Assembly: GCA_963813335.1 (NCBI GenBank)
Contig: CAWEYL010000001.1
Location: 800,001 to 864,000, forward strand
Direction: 5' to 3'
Length of the DNA stretch: 64,000 nucleotides
From: an uncultured Chloroflexia bacterium
GTDB lineage: Bacteria; Chloroflexota; Limnocylindria; Limnocylindrales; CSP1-4
This document shows, in pieces, positions 33,874-44,363 of this stretch (positions within the stretch are counted from its first letter, which is position 1; every line of letters begins with the position of its first letter). A program made the position numbers and the translations under genes. The notes below the pieces were generated by a model that was not told the DNA's origin, did no database searches, and was given only the letters and a program-made list of their open reading frames with translations.

Positions 33874-34224
33874 CTAGGCGCCCTTGGCGAGCTCGGCGAT
33901 CCGGCCGAAGGTGGCCGCGTCGCGGATCGCCAGGTCGGCGAGGATCTTGCGGTCGATCTCCACGTCGGCGCGCTTCAGGCCGCTGATGAACTGGCCGTAG
34001 GTGAGGCCGTTCTGGCGGGCCGCGGCGTTGATGCGGATGACCCACAGCTGGCGCATCTGGCGCTTGCGCTGCTTGCGGTCGCGGGTCGCGTAGGCGAGCG
34101 CGTGGAGCAGCGCCTCGCGGGCTGGCTTGATCAGCCGCGACTTGGTGCCCTTGCGGCCTTCCGCGTCCTGGAGGAGGCGCTTGTGGCGCCGGTGGGCCGT
34201 GACGCCCCGCTTGACTCGAGCCAT
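33874..34224 (-). CDS. rplT: 50S ribosomal protein L20
   Basis: [26 protein letters not shown]. Confidence 0.98.
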   Translation of the reverse strand: MARVKRGVTAHRRHKRLLQDAEGRKGTKSRLIKPAREALLHALAYATRDRKQRKRQMRQLWVIRINAAARQNGLTYGQFISGLKRADVEIDRKILADLAIRDAATFGRIAELAKGA

Positions 34225-34242
34225 GGTGGTGGTATCGCCTTC

Positions 34243-34440
34243 CTACAGGTACGGCAGCAGGCGTCGGACCTGCTTCGCGTGCACCGCTCCGATCACGGCC
34301 TTGCCGGCGTAGCGCCGGGTGCGGCGGGAGGACTTGATCTCGAGGTGGTGGCCGCTCCACGCCTTGACGCGGATGACCTTGCCGCTGCCGGTCACGCCGA
34401 TGCGCTTCTGGGCGGCCTTGTGGCTCTTGATCTTGGGCAC
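34243..34440 (-). CDS. rpmI: 50S ribosomal protein L35
   Basis: MPKIKSHKAAQKR, TGSGK. Confidence 0.96.
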   Translation of the reverse strand: MPKIKSHKAAQKRIGVTGSGKVIRVKAWSGHHLEIKSSRRTRRYAGKAVIGAVHAKQVRRLLPYL

Positions 34441-34446
34441 GTCGCC

Positions 34447-35280
34447 TTACTCTCCTGTCGCGGCCGGCGTCGCCGGCGCTTCTTCGGTCTTCCTGGCCGC
34501 CGACGCGGCGGTGCTGGTCTTCGCGGCCGGGGCCTTGGGGGCCGCGGCCGGCTTCGCTTCCGTCTTCGGTTCGGCCTTCGCCTCGGCCTTCGGTGCCGGC
34601 TTCGCGGCCGGTTCGGCCGGGGCGCTGGCGTCGGTCTTCGGTTCGGCCGTCGCGACCGGCTGGGCCGGGGCTGCGGCGGCGGCTGGCGGCGTCGCGACCG
34701 GCGCGGGCGTGGCGGGCCCATCGGCTCCGTCGTGGTCGCCCGCCCTGGCCGGTGCCTCGTGGCCCTTGGGCTTGTGGGTCGACGCCATCGTGATGTACAT
34801 CGACTTGCCTTCGAGCAACGGGACCCGTTCCGGGACACCGTGGTCCTTGACTCGGTCCGAGAACCGGGCGATGAGGTTCCGCCCGATCTCCGGATGGGTC
34901 AATTCCCGACCGCGGAAGCGCACCGTCACCTTGATCCGGTCGCCATCCTCGAGGAACTCGATGGCTCGATGGACCTTGGTGTCGAAGTCGCCTACGCCGA
35001 TCTTCGGCGAGAGGCGGACCTCCTTGAAGGTCACCGAGCGCTGCTTGCGCTTGGCTTCCTTCTCGCGCTTCGTGAGTTCGTACTTGTACTGGCCGAAATC
35101 GAGGAACTTGACCACCGGCGGCGACGCCAGCGGAGCAACCTCCACGAGGTCCAGGCCGCGTTCCTGCGCCATCTCGAGCGCCCGTGGCGTGGGCATCACA
35201 CCCAGCTGGGCATTCTCTTCATCGATCACCCGGACCTGAGGGATCCGGATCATCTGATTCACACGCAGGTCTCGGCTGAT
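34447..35280 (-). CDS. infC: Translation initiation factor IF-3, probable ATC start, Ala/Pro/Lys tail
   Basis: LDLVEVAP, DFGQYKYE, FRGRE; SD GAGGGGTG precedes an in-frame ATC at 35280. Confidence 0.95.
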   Translation of the reverse strand: MSRDLRVNQMIRIPQVRVIDEENAQLGVMPTPRALEMAQERGLDLVEVAPLASPPVVKFLDFGQYKYELTKREKEAKRKQRSVTFKEVRLSPKIGVGDFDTKVHRAIEFLEDGDRIKVTVRFRGRELTHPEIGRNLIARFSDRVKDHGVPERVPLLEGKSMYITMASTHKPKGHEAPARAGDHDGADGPATPAPVATPPAAAAAPAQPVATAEPKTDASAPAEPAAKPAPKAEAKAEPKTEAKPAAAPKAPAAKTSTAASAARKTEEAPATPAATGE

Positions 35281-35408
35281 GGTTCACCCCTCGTCCGCTA
35301 CGGATCGATCGTCCAGTCCGGTCCGACACGCGCGCTCACGCGCCCGTTCCGGGCCGAGGGCGGAGGATAGCACACGGGTTCCCAACGCGACAACGACGAG
35401 GGGCATCC

Positions 35409-37255
35409 TCAACCCGCGCCGCGGGCCGCGGACTCCGCGGCGAGCCGGTCGGCGAAGGCCTCCCACGCCTGCGGCTCCTGCTGCTCCCCGGCGCGCGTCC
35501 GAGGCGACGCGGTCCGCGCCTCCACCTCGCGGTCGCCCAGGACCACCATGTACGGCACCTTCTGCTCCTGGGCCGCGCGGATCTTGTATTGCATCCGGTT
35601 CGAGGAGTCGTCCACCTCGACCCGCAAGCCCCGGCCGCGGAGCAGGCCGGCCAGCTCGGTCGCCGCCTCGATGTGGCGGTCCGCGATGGGGATGATCGTC
35701 GCCTGGACGGGTGCCAGCCACAACGGGAAGGCGCCCGCGAAGTGCTCCACGAGGATCCCGATGAACCGTTCCAGCGAGCCGTAGATGGCGCGGTGGATGG
35801 CGATCGGGCGCTGCGGCTGGCCCTCCTCGTCGATGTAGGTGAGGTCGAACCGCTCGGGGAGCATCACCAGGTCCGCCTGGATGGTCGCCATCTGCCATTC
35901 GCGACCGAGCGCGTCGTCGATGTAGATGTCGATCTTCGGGGCGTAGAAGGTGCCGTCCCTGGGCTTGACGACATAGGGCACGCCCGATCGCTCGAGGGCC
36001 TCCTTGATCAGGGCCTCGGCGCGGTCCCACAGCGCCGGGTCGCCGATGGCCTTGTCCGGCTTCGTGGCGAAGGCGAAGCGCGGCTCGAGCCCCACCCAGC
36101 CGTACGCCTCGCGGACCTCGCCCAGGAGCGCCTCGATCTCGGCGGCCAGCTGGTCCGGCCGCACGTAGATGTGGGCGTCGTCCTGGATGAACTGGCGGAC
36201 CCGGGTCAGCCCGGACAGCGAGCCCGAGCGCTCGTTGCGGTGGAGCCGGCCGTACTCGTTCAGGCGCAGCGGCAGGTCGCGGTACGAGCGCAGCCGGCTG
36301 CGGTAGATGAACGTCGACTCCGGGCAGTTCATCGGCTTGAGGCTGAACAGCTGGTTCTCGGCCTCGACGATGAACATGTTCTCGGCGTAGTGGTCCCAGT
36401 GGCCGGACTGCCGCCACAGGCGGTCGGACACGAGGATCGGCGTGCTGACCTCCTGGTAGCCGCGCCGCTCCTGGAGCTCGCGCATCGCCCCCTCGAGCGT
36501 GCGCCAGATCAGCTGGCCCTTGGGATGCCAGAACGCGGATCCCGGCGAGACGTCGTGGAAGCTGAACAGGTCGAGCGCGACGCCCAGCTTGCGGTGGTCG
36601 CGCTTCTTCGCCTCGGCGCGCCGCCACAGGAACTGGTCCAGTTCCTCCTGCGTCGCCCAGGCCGTGCCGTAGATGCGCTGGAGCATCGGGCGCTTCTCGT
36701 CGCCGCGCCAGTACGCACCGGCGACCGCGAGCAGCTTGAACGGCCCCACGTTGCCGGTGCTGGCGATGTGCGGCCCGCGGCACAGGTCGATGAACGGGCC
36801 CTGCTGGTAGAAGGTCGTCGGCGGCATCGGCGTCCCGTCGCGCTCGGAGTCGGCGACAAGGTCGTCGACGATCTCCACCTTGAACGGCTGGTCGCGCTCC
36901 ACGAGGAAGGCGCGCGCCTCGGCCGGCGTCTTCTCGCTCAGCACGAAGGGGTGGTCGGCGGCGATGCTCGCGCGCATCCGCGCCTCGATGGCCTCGAGGT
37001 CGTCGGGCGTGAACGGCCGGGCCGCCTGGAAGTCGTAGTAGAACCCGTCGGTGATGACCGGCCCGATCCCGAGCTTGGTGCCGGGGAACAGGTCGAGCAC
37101 CGCTTCCGCGAGGATGTGCGCCGCGGAATGGCGCATCGGACCGAGCTCGCCGGTCGCCCCGTGCTCGAACAGCTCCTCGGCCGAGCCGCGCTCGGGCGCC
37201 TCGAAGCCGACCTCGTCCTCGACGACGCCACGTCCGCCGGTCCCTGCTCGCTCAT
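35409..37255 (-). CDS. thrS: Threonine-tRNA ligase (likely frameshift near 37230)
   Basis: RHSAAH, DLCRGPH, RDHRKLG, KPMNCP, YAPKID, WLAPVQ. Confidence 0.97.
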
Positions 37256-37277
37256 CGGTGTCACTCCCTGGAGAATC

Positions 37278-37503
37278 ACGAAACCCCTCGTCCAACGACA
37301 GGACGAGAGGTTCACTCCCGCGGTCCCACCCGCCTTCGCGAGCCGACGGCTCGCGCGCTCGTGGTCGCGCTAACGGGCGACGCCCGGGCCGGTTCGCCGG
37401 CCGCTCACGGGTGGTGCCGTTCCGGGTCGATCGTCGAGCTTGCAGCGGATGCTCGACTCTCTGTGGATCGCTGGACCGTCGGCGCGTCCCGATCGACGCT
37501 CAT
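37278..37503 (-). ncRNA. T-box riboswitch (Thr)
   Basis: GA motif, AGAGA and GCTG stem I loops, specifier ACC (37413-37415), GGGTGGGACCGCG T-box, terminator-like stem. Confidence 0.9.
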
Positions 37504-37593
37504 CTTCGAAGTACCGCATGCGACCCGATCTGCGCGAGTCGCGAGGGTAGTGTAGGTGATGCGGCAAGGTGTCTGGGTGAGTGGGTTCCGGCC

Positions 37594-38478
37594 ATGACGG
37601 ACGACGAGCTGATCGCGCTCGAGCACGAGAACTGGATCGCGTACCTGACAGGCGTGGTCGGCTGTGCGTCGCACGCCACCGTGACGCGCGCCGACGGGGT
37701 GGTCACGATCCTGACCGGCCTGCCGTTCGACTGGTTCAACCAGGTCCTGGTGGAGCACGAGGGGGCGACGCGAGACGGCGTGCTCGCCGGGGTGGCCCGG
37801 GCGCGCGAGCGGGGTGACCCCTTCGTCGTTCGCCTGCGCGACGGCACCGATGATCGTTTCGTCCGGACCCTGGCCGACGCGGGGCTGGAGCCGGCGAGGG
37901 AGCCGTCGACGCCCGGCATGATCGCGTTCCCGATCGACCACGATCCGATCGCACGACAGACGGCTCCCGAGCTCGAGGTCCGCCGCGTGACGGACGCCAC
38001 CGGTATCGAGGTCCATCGCCAGGTCGTGACCGCCGGGTTCGGTTCGGATCGCACGGTCGCCCTGGGAACCGCGTGCCCGGACCTCCTCGATCGGCCGGAG
38101 TGCGTCGTCTACATCGGCTACGCGGCCGGCACCCCGGTCGCCTCGGGGCTGGGCTGGCGCAGCGGGCGGACCATCGGCGTCTACAGCATCGCGACCATCC
38201 CGTCAGCGCGCCGACGCGGGCACGGCGCGGCGATGACGGCACACGTGGTGGCCGACGGCGTGGACGCCGGCTGCGACGTGGCGGCGCTCCAGGCCAGCGA
38301 GATGGGCCGCCCGATCTACGAGCGCGAGGGCTTCCGGACGGTCGTCAGCTATGTCGCCTACGTCGATCGCGCCGCGCGTCACGACACGTTGACCTCACGT
38401 GCGCATTCGGTGGTAGTGTCCACGCCGGGAGGAAGCGGATCGGCCCCCGGCGAGGACATCGGACGAGCTGCCACATGA
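37594..38478 (+). CDS. GNAT family acetyltransferase
   Basis: IATIPSARRRGHG, LQASEMGRPIYEREGF. Confidence 0.88.
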   Translation: MTDDELIALEHENWIAYLTGVVGCASHATVTRADGVVTILTGLPFDWFNQVLVEHEGATRDGVLAGVARARERGDPFVVRLRDGTDDRFVRTLADAGLEPAREPSTPGMIAFPIDHDPIARQTAPELEVRRVTDATGIEVHRQVVTAGFGSDRTVALGTACPDLLDRPECVVYIGYAAGTPVASGLGWRSGRTIGVYSIATIPSARRRGHGAAMTAHVVADGVDAGCDVAALQASEMGRPIYEREGFRTVVSYVAYVDRAARHDTLTSRAHSVVVSTPGGSGSAPGEDIGRAAT

Positions 38479-38765
38479 CCCCCGATTGCGATCACGTCGA
38501 GCCCGACACGCGCGTCGGCGCGCCCCTCCAGGTCTGCTCCGCGTGCGTCGAGATGGGCGGCACATGGGTCCATCTCCGGCAGTGCCTCACCTGCGGGCTC
38601 ACGGCCTGCTGCGACCTGAGCCCGAACCGGCATGCGACGGCCCATTTCCGCGAGACGGCCCATCCGATGATCCGGACGGCGCAGCCCGACGAAGACTGGC
38701 GCTGGTGCTACGAGGACGACCGCCTGTATCAGCCCGCCCCAGCCAGCCGGAGAGAGGTCCCATGA
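38475..38765 (+). CDS. Stand-alone UBP-type zinc finger protein
   Basis: C.H...CSAC...WVHLRQCLTCG..CCD.SPNRHA..H...H, WRWCY. Confidence 0.92.
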   Translation: MTPDCDHVEPDTRVGAPLQVCSACVEMGGTWVHLRQCLTCGLTACCDLSPNRHATAHFRETAHPMIRTAQPDEDWRWCYEDDRLYQPAPASRREVP

Positions 38766-40100
38766 CCGAGAGTGTCGCGCCCGGCCCGCACGGTCCGCTG
38801 GCCAGCGTCCTGGATGTCCGCCGGGGGCCGGATGATGCGCACAGCGGGGGCCTCGAGCATCGGGAGGCGCTGATCTACGCGCTCGGCAAGGGCGCCGAGC
38901 TCGAGCACCTCGTGATGCTCCAGTACCTGTTCGCGGCGTTCTCGCTCAAGCAGCAGGTCGAGGAGGGTCTGACACCCGAGACGCTCGTCGCCGTCCAGCG
39001 CTGGCGCAAGACCCTCCTGGAGATCAGCGAGCAGGAGATGCTCCATCTCGCGCTCGTCCAGAACCTGCTGACGGCGGTCGGCGCGGCCCCGCGTCTCGCC
39101 CGACCGAACTTTCCGATGCCCGCCTACGCGTACCCGGCCGGCGTCCGGATCGAGCTGGTGCCGTTCGGCGAGTCCGCCCTCCGCCACTTCGCCTTCCTCG
39201 AGCGGCCGGACGGGATGGACATCGAGGATGCCGAGGGCTTCGAGGCGATCGCGCAGGCCGTCGCGCTGCCGCACGACGAGCACGACGAGATCGTCCCCCA
39301 CCTGCAGGAGTTCGACACCATCGGCCAGCTCTACCGGTCCATCCAGGCGGGCCTCGAGCACCTGGACGAGCGGCTCGGCTCGGAGCGCCTGTTCATCGGG
39401 CCCGCGCGCGCGCAGGCCACCGCGGAGCATTTCCGGTGGCCGGAGCTCGTCGCCGTCACCGACCTCCGATCCGCGCAGCAGGCGATCGACACCATCGTCG
39501 AGCAGGGCGAGGGAGCCCGTGGCGAGTGGCGCGACGCCCACTTCGGTCGCCTGTTGGGCATCCTCGACGAGTACCTCGAGCTCAAGCACCGGGATCCGGG
39601 CTTCGAGCCCGCCCGGTCGGTCGTGGCGGCCAACGTCCGGCCGCAGCCGAGCTGGGGTCATGGTGCCGCTGATCACCGATCCCGGGACGACTCGCGCGAT
39701 GGACTTGCTCAACGTCACCTACGAGGTGCTGCTCCAGCTGCTGTCGCGCTACTTCGCGAACACGGACGAGTCGCCGGAGCAGCTCGAGGTCCTGGCCGAC
39801 GTGTCGGTCGGGCTGATGTACACGGCCATCAAGCCGCTCGGCACGGTCGTCACCACGCTGCCGGTCGGGCCCCATCTGCCGGGCGTGACCGCAGGCCCGG
39901 GCTTCGAGCTCTTCTACCAGGTCGACTACCTGCTGCCGCATCGGGAGGCTGCCTGGGTCCTGATGGAGGAGCGTCTGCGAGATGCCGCGGCGTTCGCCGT
40001 CCGGTGTGGGCAACTGTGTACCCCCGCCTTGATGGAGCCACTCGCCAAGGTGGCTCGGTCGCTCGAGAAGTACGCCGACCAGCTCAAGGCCGCGACATGA
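38762..40100 (+). CDS. Ferritin-like domain protein, VioB/RebD C-terminal type (frameshift near 39650)
   Basis: ELEH...QYLFAAFSL, EQEMLHL, IGQLY, IVEQGEG, HFGRL. Confidence 0.85.
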
Positions 40101-40145
40101 GGTCGCGCGATCTCGGCCGAGCGCCGCGGCGTCATAATCCGCCGC

Positions 40146-43100
40146 ATGCTGGAAGGATCGCCGTCCTCGGAGTACGGCACGGCCCCGCGGGTGGCCGACG
40201 TCAGCGTGCTCGATCCCCTCGTCGGCTCCCAGTGCTCGCTTGCGGTCCAGCTGCGCCGGGCGACGGGCGCGGTCATCGGACGGAACGCCGAGCTCGACGC
40301 CGTCGCCCAGGAGTTGCGCGAGGCCTCGGGCCGCCTCGCCGCGGTGACCCTGGAGGGCGAGCCGGGGATCGGCAAGACCCGCCTGTTGCTTGCCGCCAGC
40401 GAGCTCGCGTCGGCGAGCGGGTTCGCCTGTGTCGCGGTCACGGCCGATGAGGAGATCCGCGGCCCGTTCCTCGTGGCTCGCAGCCTGTTCGCCTCCAGCG
40501 CGATCCAGCAGATGGCGGCGGGGACGCCGGCGGAGGCCGCCGTCAGGCGGGTGGTCGAGGCCATCTCCGGGCGTGACGAGCCCGGGTTCGAGGCCCTGTC
40601 GCCGGACGCGAAGCTCCTCCGGGCCTTCGACCTGGCGGGCGTCGCGGTCTCGACACTCGCCGGGATCCGCCCGCTGGCCCTGCTCATCGACGATGTCCAG
40701 TGGGCCGACGACGACTCCCTCCGGCTCCTCCGCTACGTCGTGCGCAGCGACGCCGACCGGCCGGTCTTCCTGTTCCTCACGATCCGGCCGGATGAGTTCG
40801 CGTCGGCCACCGAGGCGGTGAACTTCGTCGCCGACATGGAGCGGATGGGCCTCGTCCGACGATTGCGGCCCGGCCGGTTCAGCTCGGTGGAGACGGCTGA
40901 GCTCCTGAAGCGTGTCCTTGGCGGTCCGGTCGAGGCCGCATCCGCGGCCGCCCTGCAGGCCCAGTCGGAGGGCGTGCCGTTCATCGTCGAGGAGCTGGCC
41001 CGTACGCACCGCGAGGCCGGCACGTTCCAGCAGATCGCGGGACAGTGGCGGCTCAGCCGCAGCGCCGCCCGACTCGTCCCATCCGCGGTCCGGACGCTCA
41101 TCGACCGCCGCGCCGCGCGGCTCCCGGCCCGGACGCGGGCGTCGCTGGGGGACGCGGCGATCCTCGGCCGCAGCTTCAGCCTTCGAGACCTCAGGGCGAT
41201 CCGGATGCGGGTGGGTGACGGCGAGGTCGCCGCGGAGGCGGCGAGTCGCGACCGCACGGCACCGGTCGAGGCGGCTGCCCAGGGCGGGGTGGCGGGGCCG
41301 GGCGACGATGTCGACCCACTCGCCGACGATCTCGCGCCGGCCGTCCGGGCGGGCCTCCTGCTTCCGCAGGCACAGGGCGAGCCCGCGGACTACACGTTCA
41401 CCCACGAACAGGTCCGCCAGTTCGCCGCGAGCCTGCTGACGGCGGCCCGTCGCCGGCAGGTGCACGCGGCCGTCGTCGACCTGCTGCTCGAGGGTGGCGA
41501 GCCTTCGGCGGCGGGCTTGCCGATGCTCGCCCAGCACGCCCTCGCGGCCGGCGACACCGGGCGGGCCGCACGGTTCTCGATCGACGCCGCGACGGCGGCC
41601 CTCGCCTCGAATGCGCCGGAGGAGGCGCTCCGACTGGTCGAACAGGCGCTTCCGGTCGTGTCGACGCCGGCCGACCGACGGGTCCTCCTCGCGACCCGCG
41701 ACGACGCGTTCGCCGTCCTGCGCCGGACGGGCGAGCGGCTGGACGGCCTGACCGAGCTGGCCGCCCTGGCGGAAGCGATGCGCGATCCGAACGTCGAGCT
41801 CGACGTGCAGCTCCGGCGTGCATCCGCGCTCCGGATGAGCCACGACGAGGACGCCGCCGCGGAGTTGGCTCGTCGCGTCCGCGACCGCGCGGCCCAGCAG
41901 GGCGACGCCGCACTGGAGCTCCGGGCGTCGCTCGAGCTGGGCCAGGCGCTCCTGCGCAGCCCGCTGGGCGAGTCGTTCGGCGGCGCGGCTGCCGAGGTCG
42001 ACCTCGACGGTTCCGAGCAGGCCTATCGCCGCGCGATCGAGCTGGCGGAGCAGCTGGGCGACGAGCGCAGCCTCGCAGCCGCCCTCCGCGAGATCGGGAT
42101 GATCGACTTCTCGCGCGGTCGCGCCTGGTTCGGCGGAGAAGTCCGCGCCGGTCGTGCGAACGAGATGCTCGCGATCCTCGCGACCGGCACCAGCGTCGAG
42201 GAGATGATCCTGTCGACGCCGATCGGACCGCTGTTCGTCGAGGCGACCCAGGTCCTCGAGCGAGCACTGGGCATCTTCGAGCGGCTCGGCGACCGGACGG
42301 GCGTCATGTCCACGGTCATCGCCATGGCCTACATCCAATACGGGCCGGTCATGCACCTGTCGTCCTCGGCGCGACATCTCGAGGAGATCCGGCGCGTGAC
42401 GAGCCGCCTGTCCGAGCTCGTCACGGAGAGCGAGCGGGCCCGCCTCGACCTCCAGATGCTGTTCGGCGTCCACGTGTACTCCATGGCCAAGGTGGTGCCG
42501 GACCTCGCCCTCTCCCGCGGCGAGGACGCCTACCGGGCGGCCAGGCTCCAGGGCGACCGGACGATCGAGTTCCTCGCCGCCGGCGGGGTGGCGATGAGCC
42601 TGCTCGAGCTCGGCGACGTCGTCGAGGCGGAGCGCTGGATCGACCTGGCCGCCGCGGCGGCGTCGATGGCGCCGTCGCGACCGCGCGCGCGACAGCTCGA
42701 GACCTGGCGCGGGATGGCTCGAGCCGGAGCGGGCGACGTCGACGGGATGCGCCGGCATCTCGAGCGCGCCGTGGTGCTGGCGACCGAGGGCGGACGGGCG
42801 TCCGCGCGGTGCGAGGCCCTGGCCCGCCTCGCCCTCGAGGCGGCGCGGCTCGTGGCGGTCGGCTCGTCCGATGGGGCACCGCCCGACGACGGCGCACCGG
42901 ATCCGGCGCTGGTGGAGCTTGTCGAGCGGTCGGCAGCGCAGGTCAAGGAGCTCTTGCCGCTCCTGCCCGGACACGCGTCGTGGGGCGCCCAGGCCGACGC
43001 CGCACTCGCCACGGTCGCCCTCGTGCGCGGCGACATCCCGGGCGCCGCCATGGCCGGCGGTGCGGCCCTCGAGGCGCTCCAGGCCGGGCTGCACGAGGAC

Positions 43101-43577
43101 GTCAGCCTGGAGATCGTGATCCCGGCCGCCCGGGCACTGCTCGCTGGAGCGCCGCCGGAGGTCCAGGGGACCGTTCGGGGCTTCCTGCATTCGACGCTGT
43201 CCAGGATCGCGCAGGGGACAGCGGACGAGGCGATCCGCGTCCGCTGGCTGAGCGGGCCCGTCGGGCGCGATCTCGTCGAGCTGGCCGGCCCGATGGACGG
43301 GCCGGCCCATGGAGACGCCCGTGCCGGCGAGACCGGCCGCGCAACGCCAGGGTCGGCGGCCGCGGATGCCGGGTCGAGCCTCGACGCCGTCGAGCGCCGG
43401 CTGCTGCAGCTCCTGACCGAGGGGCGGACGAACGCCGAGATCGCTGCAGACCTGGGCATCGGCGAGGACGACGTCGCCCAGCGCCTGGCGCGCCTGCAGG
43501 CGCAGCTGGGGACCTCGAGCCGCGCCGAAGCGACCTCGCTGGCATTCCGCGGGCTCGCCACGGTGGGGTCGCGCTGA
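40146..43577 (+). CDS. STAND/AAA ATPase-helical repeat-LuxR regulator
   Basis: GR..EL, GEPGIGKT, IDDVQWAD, GVPF, FTHE, C-terminal HTH GRTNAEIAADL. Confidence 0.9.
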   Translation: MLEGSPSSEYGTAPRVADVSVLDPLVGSQCSLAVQLRRATGAVIGRNAELDAVAQELREASGRLAAVTLEGEPGIGKTRLLLAASELASASGFACVAVTADEEIRGPFLVARSLFASSAIQQMAAGTPAEAAVRRVVEAISGRDEPGFEALSPDAKLLRAFDLAGVAVSTLAGIRPLALLIDDVQWADDDSLRLLRYVVRSDADRPVFLFLTIRPDEFASATEAVNFVADMERMGLVRRLRPGRFSSVETAELLKRVLGGPVEAASAAALQAQSEGVPFIVEELARTHREAGTFQQIAGQWRLSRSAARLVPSAVRTLIDRRAARLPARTRASLGDAAILGRSFSLRDLRAIRMRVGDGEVAAEAASRDRTAPVEAAAQGGVAGPGDDVDPLADDLAPAVRAGLLLPQAQGEPADYTFTHEQVRQFAASLLTAARRRQVHAAVVDLLLEGGEPSAAGLPMLAQHALAAGDTGRAARFSIDAATAALASNAPEEALRLVEQALPVVSTPADRRVLLATRDDAFAVLRRTGERLDGLTELAALAEAMRDPNVELDVQLRRASALRMSHDEDAAAELARRVRDRAAQQGDAALELRASLELGQALLRSPLGESFGGAAAEVDLDGSEQAYRRAIELAEQLGDERSLAAALREIGMIDFSRGRAWFGGEVRAGRANEMLAILATGTSVEEMILSTPIGPLFVEATQVLERALGIFERLGDRTGVMSTVIAMAYIQYGPVMHLSSSARHLEEIRRVTSRLSELVTESERARLDLQMLFGVHVYSMAKVVPDLALSRGEDAYRAARLQGDRTIEFLAAGGVAMSLLELGDVVEAERWIDLAAAAASMAPSRPRARQLETWRGMARAGAGDVDGMRRHLERAVVLATEGGRASARCEALARLALEAARLVAVGSSDGAPPDDGAPDPALVELVERSAAQVKELLPLLPGHASWGAQADAALATVALVRGDIPGAAMAGGAALEALQAGLHEDVSLEIVIPAARALLAGAPPEVQGTVRGFLHSTLSRIAQGTADEAIRVRWLSGPVGRDLVELAGPMDGPAHGDARAGETGRATPGSAAADAGSSLDAVERRLLQLLTEGRTNAEIAADLGIGEDDVAQRLARLQAQLGTSSRAEATSLAFRGLATVGSR

Positions 43578-44312
43578 TGGCCATCCGGGCGCGGGTCGAC
43601 CGCCACAAGTGCGTCGGCGCGGGGAACTGCATCACCATCGCCCCGACGGCCTTCGACTGGCTGGCCGGTGACTACGGCAAGAGCGATGTCGTCGGGGAGG
43701 ACACGGTCGACGAGGAGGTCCTGCGCGCCGCCGCGTTCGCGTGCCCGACCGCCGCCGTCATCCTCGAGGACGTCGCGGAGCTGCTGCCATGGCAGTCTGC
43801 GGGGCAAGGACGGCCCGCCCCGACGGGTCCTCCGGACCTTCATGTTCACCGACATCGTCGGCTCGACGAATCTCGTCGAGGCGCTCGGCGATGAGGCCTG
43901 GGACACCATGCTCCGCTGGCACAACACCGTGCTCCGGGAAGTGTTCACGGCCCACGGCGGCGAGGAGATCTCCACGACCGGCGACGGGTTCTTCGTCAGC
44001 TTCGATTCGCCCGACCTTGCCGTGGCGACGGCGATCGCGATCCAGCGGCGACTCGCCGAACACCGCTCGACGCAGGGCTTCGCCCCCCAGGTCCGGATCG
44101 GCCTCCACGCGTCCGACGCGACGCAGGTCGCCGGCGACTTCCACGGGAAGGGCGTCCACGAGGCGTCGCGCATCGCGGCACTCGGCGGGGCCGGCGAGAT
44201 CGTCGCGAGCGCCGGCACGGTCGGGGCGTCACACAGGACGTCCGGTCTCCGAAGCGCGACGCTCAAGGGCCTGTCCGAGCCGATCGAGGTGGTCAACGTC
44301 GAGTGGCGCTGA
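43577..44312 (+). CDS. Ferredoxin-class III nucleotide cyclase fusion (extra base near 43796)
   Basis: CVGAGNC...ACP, then FMFTDIVGST, TGDG, RIGLH, GDFHG..VHEASR. Confidence 0.8.
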
Positions 44313-44363
44313 CGGCGACGGGAGGCGGGTGCCGTGGGGCTCCGCGCACGGATGTGCGGGATG

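Noticed and set aside
37256-37295. Upstream thrS start given by the ORF track
   Set aside because: It lies inside the T-box terminator; the SD-preceded ATG at 37255 fits better
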